A stretch of 64,000 bases of DNA from an uncultured archaeon (lineage in GTDB: Archaea > Asgardarchaeota > Thorarchaeia > Thorarchaeales > Thorarchaeaceae), in NCBI GenBank assembly GCA_964558645.1, contig CAZLEV010000012.1, positions 55,700 to 119,699 on the forward strand. Reading direction: 5' to 3'. Positions 60,601 to 64,000 of this stretch are shown here, piece after piece; position 1 is the first letter of the stretch, and each line of letters opens with the position of its first letter. The notes under the pieces are model-generated. The model did not search any database and was not told where the DNA came from. It saw only the letters and a program-made list of their open reading frames with translations. A program made the translations under genes and the position numbers.

Positions 60601-61006
60601 CAAGTATCTGTTCGCGGAGTTCTTCCCTGAGCGATTCCATTCTCTGCGAAATGTGACTCACTTCTTCAGCCAAACCATCAAAAGGAGGCACTGCCTGATA
60701 CCTGGTCACAATCCCAGGCAGCTCCACTACCATCTCCTTTTCAACAAGCCTCTGAACCAGGGAATCGACATCATCGAATCCTTGGTCACGTAGCAGAAGG
60801 ACCAAATCACCCTTGGTTATGTTTCCTACAGATAGCACAACAGAATAGGCTCTCATTTCTGATTCGCTGATACCAAGATCTTCGTATAGCGGGCTCTGTG
60901 ATGCGTCGCCCTCATCGCTATCGTGTGCCTGTTCTTTCGGTGAATCTTCGTGTTCGTCTTCACGTTCCTTCTCATCAAACTCATCTGTGTACTCTCTCTC
61001 AGACAA
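57638..61006 (-). CDS. TrmB-family wHTH protein with giant helical/coiled-coil insertion and TrmB-like C-terminal domain
   Basis: LGISESEMRAY...LVEKEMV...YQAVPP N-domain; KKTWTIVTRDAV...RAKSKVTLIIP...VRDSEEVLLA C-domain; TTG start 61006 after GGAG (ORF track start 61120). Confidence 0.82.
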   Translation of the reverse strand: MSEREYTDEFDEKEREDEHEDSPKEQAHDSDEGDASQSPLYEDLGISESEMRAYSVVLSVGNITKGDLVLLLRDQGFDDVDSLVQRLVEKEMVVELPGIVTRYQAVPPFDGLAEEVSHISQRMESLREELREQILAASKQVRDALLAVSSEKLESISAEKEQIHRSKGDAIDRLEKSLSDLESERGSLEDHLGAQMRETTSAWTQETVSAARSALDESKGSLSSLGSELENELSGISVDIEDQLKALNSELGSSLSDVTSQAISRIEAKKEELNQELISNSESVSAGLSTTERSLVSSVEDTHQRTATSLEEISDRINTGIEKVEGDVGVSIDSAVNMASDQYDTLETEMIQALSDHAAREYEILDEHSKALDDEISEFGSSKDEAVSMLKNRLENAVSEYESSAGTAVSSMSEQIQDMSARAKSSVTTASDSMHRLASHALQDSYERVDEYATTTLAHVSKELEQKRQEFGESLQSTGNEINAINRESLDLTTGLLETYRSEITQQLRQVMESTSTQLEQVSHETIAELDSLSSSVRDEIAKAISRAKSQTEAMQTRATQQITEAITTSIEGLDSDVSQRIEGSRKKHDSMVNRIDATVTHEISSGSEILQELQNKIDADMDGFVASADENRRNQLGALESGLGEERRAAEESLGRAAAETQDLVDLLHTGLQDSVQKMHDGIKAASSSLDSSTERLKVGHTTAKEELLKSTKDDLESQVNSLSNQIRSMASSGRSQVRENAAAGMNTFSESLEALQQESSSKIGGALEEMRSVIGGALEETHNAFTNSRTEIATVIDRAGGDIVATLNDVSSDLSEHKHTGHSRLDKGVSAATTGAQSRLESAKVMVNSTVKSSVQNLGSTEERLGGSISSAANKLSSESIAALSEFLEKSSAAIERVSVSAKNDIRSGYDDIMAHAGSLENILADAVNDLEKRPAIGISEESVDEAVGLATETPLDTQRVADVLSKVWERLGTTDFPGAKKTWTIVTRDAVLAHMKDMLARAKSKVTLIIPEAHDIPTDTLKELKSTIGVELVVTESPVLNREAGPLVGRGNIRVRSRSEKDVYACVRDSEEVLLAPAASADSDVIGFVSEDDGFVRFVMSIIGPIFQARTTMLKPEDL

Positions 61007-61154
61007 TCCAGTTCCACTCCTGAAATCGACTGTATCTGTGTATGTTAAACCCCCTATAATGCTTTGATGCAAGTGTGTCAAAAGCGAACTCACTGGGATC
61101 ATCCAACCGTTCATCGACATCTGGAAAATCTTTCTATGAGTAAGAGTATGAGGA

Positions 61155-61430
61155 CTATGTACTGAGAATGGTCTCTTCTCGCCCTAGAACTCCTCGAACC
61201 ATTCGTCTGAGCTCTTCTGATCCATACTCTCTACTCAGTTTCTTGAGCCGTTTCTTTTCATACTCATATTTCTTCTTTTTTCGTTCAGCATCTCTCCATT
61301 GTCTATGTCCTTGAAGGACTTCCCATCCTGCAACATCTTCCAGATCATGACCATGATCCGCCGTGCCAGGGCTATTGCTGCAACATGATGCCCCTTCTTC
61401 GCTCGTACCCTCTTTTGGAACTCCCACAGA
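61155..61430 (-). mobile_element. IS110-family transposase C-terminal remnant (truncated, probably frameshifted)
   Basis: RVRAKKGHHVAAIALARRIMVMIWKML matches the IS110 C-terminal helix pattern; no DEDD domain present. Confidence 0.65.
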
Positions 61431-61456
61431 CGCTCATGCACCGCTCTCGTGAAGAG

Positions 61457-61798
61457 CTACTCTGTTTCTTCTGCCGTCCCCGGTTGCCGCCTCTTCGCCA
61501 GTTCAAATGACATCCACATCAATAGAGGAAGGACAACCATTGCTATCCCCACCTCGAGAAAAAGAGTGGGATAATCAGTGACCAACTCCTGGACGTATGA
61601 AGTGTCTATGGTCCACACATACAGGATTGGAAGTGCATAGGCAAGTCCCAGACCCCAGATAATCATCAACATAGCCCACTTACCTCCAAACATCTCCCAG
61701 CGTAGGTATGCAGTCATGATGATCGCGATAACGACCCCTGCCAGCTCGCCACCAAGGGTCAAGAGGAGGACCCACAGAAGTACCTCATTGGGAATCAT
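61457..61798 (-). CDS. Array membrane protein family X, copy A
   Basis: Three TMs, GGAGG RBS; paralogous to 62000, 62526 and 63828. Confidence 0.8.
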   Translation of the reverse strand: MIPNEVLLWVLLLTLGGELAGVVIAIIMTAYLRWEMFGGKWAMLMIIWGLGLAYALPILYVWTIDTSYVQELVTDYPTLFLEVGIAMVVLPLLMWMSFELAKRRQPGTAEETE

Positions 61799-61834
61799 CA
61801 GAACACCTCCGCCAGAGTCGAAGCAGCATACGCA

Positions 61835-61987
61835 TCATTGTAATGGATTCCCTCCATCCCACAGAGTTAATGCAACCATGAATACCCACCACAGGAACAC
61901 CAAGTCCCAGAAAACCATGATATATGATGTAAGCTGGAGATTCTCACTTATACCCACGACGCTCGCATGAGCCAATACAAGAGTCAC
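61835..61987 (-). pseudogene. Truncated remnant of array family Y
   Basis: Frame reads ...MVFWDLVFLWWVFMVALTLWDGGNPLQ*, matching MALWDFIFLVWLMCVAKLLWEGGNPY at 62907. Confidence 0.65.
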
Positions 61988-61999
61988 TATCTTCCGGAG

Positions 62000-62338
62000 C
62001 TATTCGTCACTATTGCCTTTATCTCTGGTTCTCCTCTTCTCCAGTGCTGGAAACAGCCACAAAGACAGAGCTAGGACAACTATCGGTAACGCCACCCCAA
62101 TAAAAGGAACGGGAGAGGCGATCCATTCATGGACGTACGAACTATCTATGGTCCAGACATACAGGATTGGAAGTGCATAGGCAAGTCCCAGACCCCAGAT
62201 AATCATCAGCAGGGCGAACTTGCCTCCAGGTATCTCCCAGCGTAGGTATGCAGTCATGACCATGGCGACCACGATCCCTGCCGCCCCGCCACCAAGGGTC
62301 AAGAGGAGGACCCACAGAAGTACCTCATTGGGAATCAT
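62000..62338 (-). CDS. Array membrane protein family X, copy B (mosaic)
   Basis: 5' part shares identical blocks with copy A; 3' end (LEKRRTRDKGNSDE) resembles copy C. Confidence 0.8.
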   Translation of the reverse strand: MIPNEVLLWVLLLTLGGGAAGIVVAMVMTAYLRWEIPGGKFALLMIIWGLGLAYALPILYVWTIDSSYVHEWIASPVPFIGVALPIVVLALSLWLFPALEKRRTRDKGNSDE

Positions 62339-62366
62339 CAGAACACCTCCGCCAGAGTCGAAGCAG

Positions 62367-62513
62367 CTTAGACATCATGTAATGGCTTCCCTCCGTCCCA
62401 CATGGCTAGTGCCACCAGACACACCTGCAGAGGAAGCGTGTATCGGAAAGGCCATGGTTGTTGTTGGCCTCACATCTCCCTGCAATGCCTAGATGAGCCA
62501 ATAAGGGAGTCAC
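62367..62513 (-). pseudogene. Degenerate remnant of array family Y
   Basis: VTPLLAH at the start and ...LVALAMWDGGKPLH in another frame. Confidence 0.55.
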
Positions 62514-62525
62514 CGTCTTCAACAG

Positions 62526-62870
62526 CTATTCGTCATTTCTGCCCTTATCCTTTGTCCTCCTCTTCTCCAGTTCCTGACCCAGCCACAGGGCTAACGGAAA
62601 CAGAACAAAACCCAGCGCGAGCTGATGCATGCGAACAGGATAGTCACTGATGAGTTCATGAAAATACGCATTCCTCATGGTCCAGACATATATGAACGGA
62701 ACCATATACCAAGCTATCAATGATGCAAGGATTATCACCAAGGTGGACTTGGCCCCGAACACCTCCATTCGAAGGTGCACGGCTAAGAGCACTGCTCCAA
62801 GTCCCGCAGCGGCGGCTCCGAGAGCCGAGAACACGTAGACCCATAGTAGTATTTGGTCCGGAATCATCAA
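62526..62870 (-). CDS. Array membrane protein family X, copy C
   Basis: MIPDQILLWV...LRMEVFGAK...IYVWT...DYP...ELEKRR. Confidence 0.8.
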   Translation of the reverse strand: MMIPDQILLWVYVFSALGAAAAGLGAVLLAVHLRMEVFGAKSTLVIILASLIAWYMVPFIYVWTMRNAYFHELISDYPVRMHQLALGFVLFPLALWLGQELEKRRTKDKGRNDE

Positions 62871-62906
62871 GTCCTCCTCCTGGTATGCTGAATCAGCTTA
62901 TAATCG

Positions 62907-63196
62907 TTAATACGGATTACCTCCCTCCCATAGAAGCTTTGCTACGCACATTAACCATACTAGGAAGATAAAGTCCCAGAGAGCCATGAAGAATGGGTTC
63001 ATTGGCGGAGTGTGGCTTTCTGAAAGATGGACAATGCCCAATTCAAGTAGCATAGCCCGAGGGATAAAGAACGCGGTTGTGAATATCCTGTACAGATTAC
63101 CATGATTAGAGCATCGTACCATGCTGCAGACCCATAAAATGGATCATGAGAAACCTCCATAGTCCGAGAAAGAGCATAAGCTGCGTAACCCATCAA
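62907..63196 (-). pseudogene. Array family Y membrane protein, frameshifted
   Basis: Overlapping ORFs 62999-63196 and 62907-63122 join into one hydrophobic protein with a 1-nt shift near 63088. Confidence 0.55.
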
Positions 63197-63290
63197 AAGA
63201 ATCGTGTATATTCCATAGAAGAATCAGAACCTAGTTGGGGAGAGAACCTTGCTTAGGCTCTGCCAATAGCCTGTCACACACCTAGCAGAA

Positions 63291-63629
63291 TCATTCGTAG
63301 AGTATCGCAAAAGACAGAGAGATAACAAGGTCAGTAATACCCAGCAATAGCATTATGTCGCCTACCATCACAAGATATCCCTCTGGCTTCAACTCTGCGG
63401 CTTCGTCGTCCCGCGTGAAGTACTTCCACGAAAGCAATTTCAGTATTGCTCCGACTAGGCTTATTGACGTGATGAGAAGACTACCCGGAAACGGGGATAT
63501 CAGAGAAGAAATGCTAATCAAGAAACCCCCGGTCATAAAGGAGAAGGCTCCGTAGATCTTCGTCTTGCGTTCATTGAAGCTAGTATTCAACTCGTACCCC
63601 ATTACATCACGTCTCGCTATCTGATACAT
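63291..63629 (-). CDS. Hypothetical three-TM membrane protein
   Basis: Three hydrophobic segments; same orientation as the array. Confidence 0.6.
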   Translation of the reverse strand: MYQIARRDVMGYELNTSFNERKTKIYGAFSFMTGGFLISISSLISPFPGSLLITSISLVGAILKLLSWKYFTRDDEAAELKPEGYLVMVGDIMLLLGITDLVISLSFAILYE

Positions 63630-63827
63630 CGTTTCTACATCTGAAACCTCTTTCGGTTAGTGGGATGTGTTCCAGCTCAGTAAGAATGCTTCTTGGAATG
63701 TTCAGCTCACCTCAGAAATGACTAGAGTGATGATCCTAGAATGTAGAATCCGTCCCACTGCAGTATTTCCGTCATCACCGGCCTCATCGTCTGAGCGCAT
63801 ACGCTCATGCACCAATCTCGTGAAGAG

Positions 63828-64000
63828 CTACTCTGTTTCTTCTGCCATCCCCCATTGCCGCCTCTTCGCCAGTTCACATGGCAACCAGACTGTCAGAGGA
63901 AAGAGAACCCACACTAGCCCCCCCAAGGAAAGAGAGCGGGATAACCAGTGACCAACTCCTGGATGTATGAAGTGTCTATGGTCCAGACATACAGGATTGG
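63828..64000 (-). pseudogene. Array family X copy D (partial, runs off the window; frameshift at a G7 tract)
   Basis: PILYVWTIDTSYIQELVTGYP... then ...ELAKRRQWGMAEETE* in a shifted frame; 173 nt versus 174 nt for the same span in copy A. Confidence 0.7.

Larger units (their letters stand above)
61430..64000 (-). repeat. Tandem degenerate repeat array, unit about 530-540 bp (gene X plus gene Y remnant)
   Basis: 61747-61827 equals 62287-62367 (81 bp) and 61617-61668 equals 62157-62208 (52 bp); 61430-61630 resembles 63801-64000. Confidence 0.85.

Noticed and set aside
63666-63720. Short imperfect direct repeat TGTT(C)CAGCTCA...GAA(A)TG
   Set aside because: Only two degenerate copies; no function can be supported
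61457-64000. Array as a diversity-generating retroelement, CRISPR or integron
   Set aside because: Differences between copies are not adenine-specific; no RT, cas or integrase gene in the window; no short repeat-spacer or attC-like palindromes seen
1-64000. Genome-wide TAG reassignment
   Set aside because: TAG terminates many clearly complete genes here (e.g. 1641, 11660, 20973, 26472, 29448)

Overview
Gene-dense archaeal window, most likely from an Asgard archaeon of Thorarchaeota type. This is inferred from two Rab-like small GTPases without prenylation motifs, a profilin-like gene, a membrane-anchored NosD-repeat surface protein, a Sulfolobus-type geranylgeranyl reductase, an archaeal LipS2/LplAB lipoylation cluster, GGAGG/GGTGA ribosome-binding motifs and many TTG/GTG starts. 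Housekeeping content: FetAB-like ABC pair, SatD operon, pfkA, P-type ATPase and Na/Ca exchanger, a complete pstSCAB-phoU operon with a divergent AbrB-PhoU regulator, agmatinase, ferredoxin and a NifS/SCLY-SelD fusion. Strongest observations: (1) a mosaic tandem array of ~113-aa membrane-protein paralogues at 61.4-64 kb, bounded by an IS110 remnant and including a poly-G frameshifted copy; (2) a TrmB-family protein with a ~850-aa helical insertion; (3) a selenium locus with an amber-interrupted methyltransferase, flanked by two paralogous Zn-finger membrane proteins; (4) a candidate PHO operator, CATATGCAA(T)CATATGTA, at both divergent pst promoters; (5) a tandem Rab pair in which one copy lacks the switch-II Gln; (6) a divergent profilin; (7) a peroxiredoxin lacking the peroxidatic Cys; (8) probable CTG/ATC start codons. 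No rRNA, tRNA or CRISPR array was recognised. All product calls come from reading motifs by eye, not from database searches.
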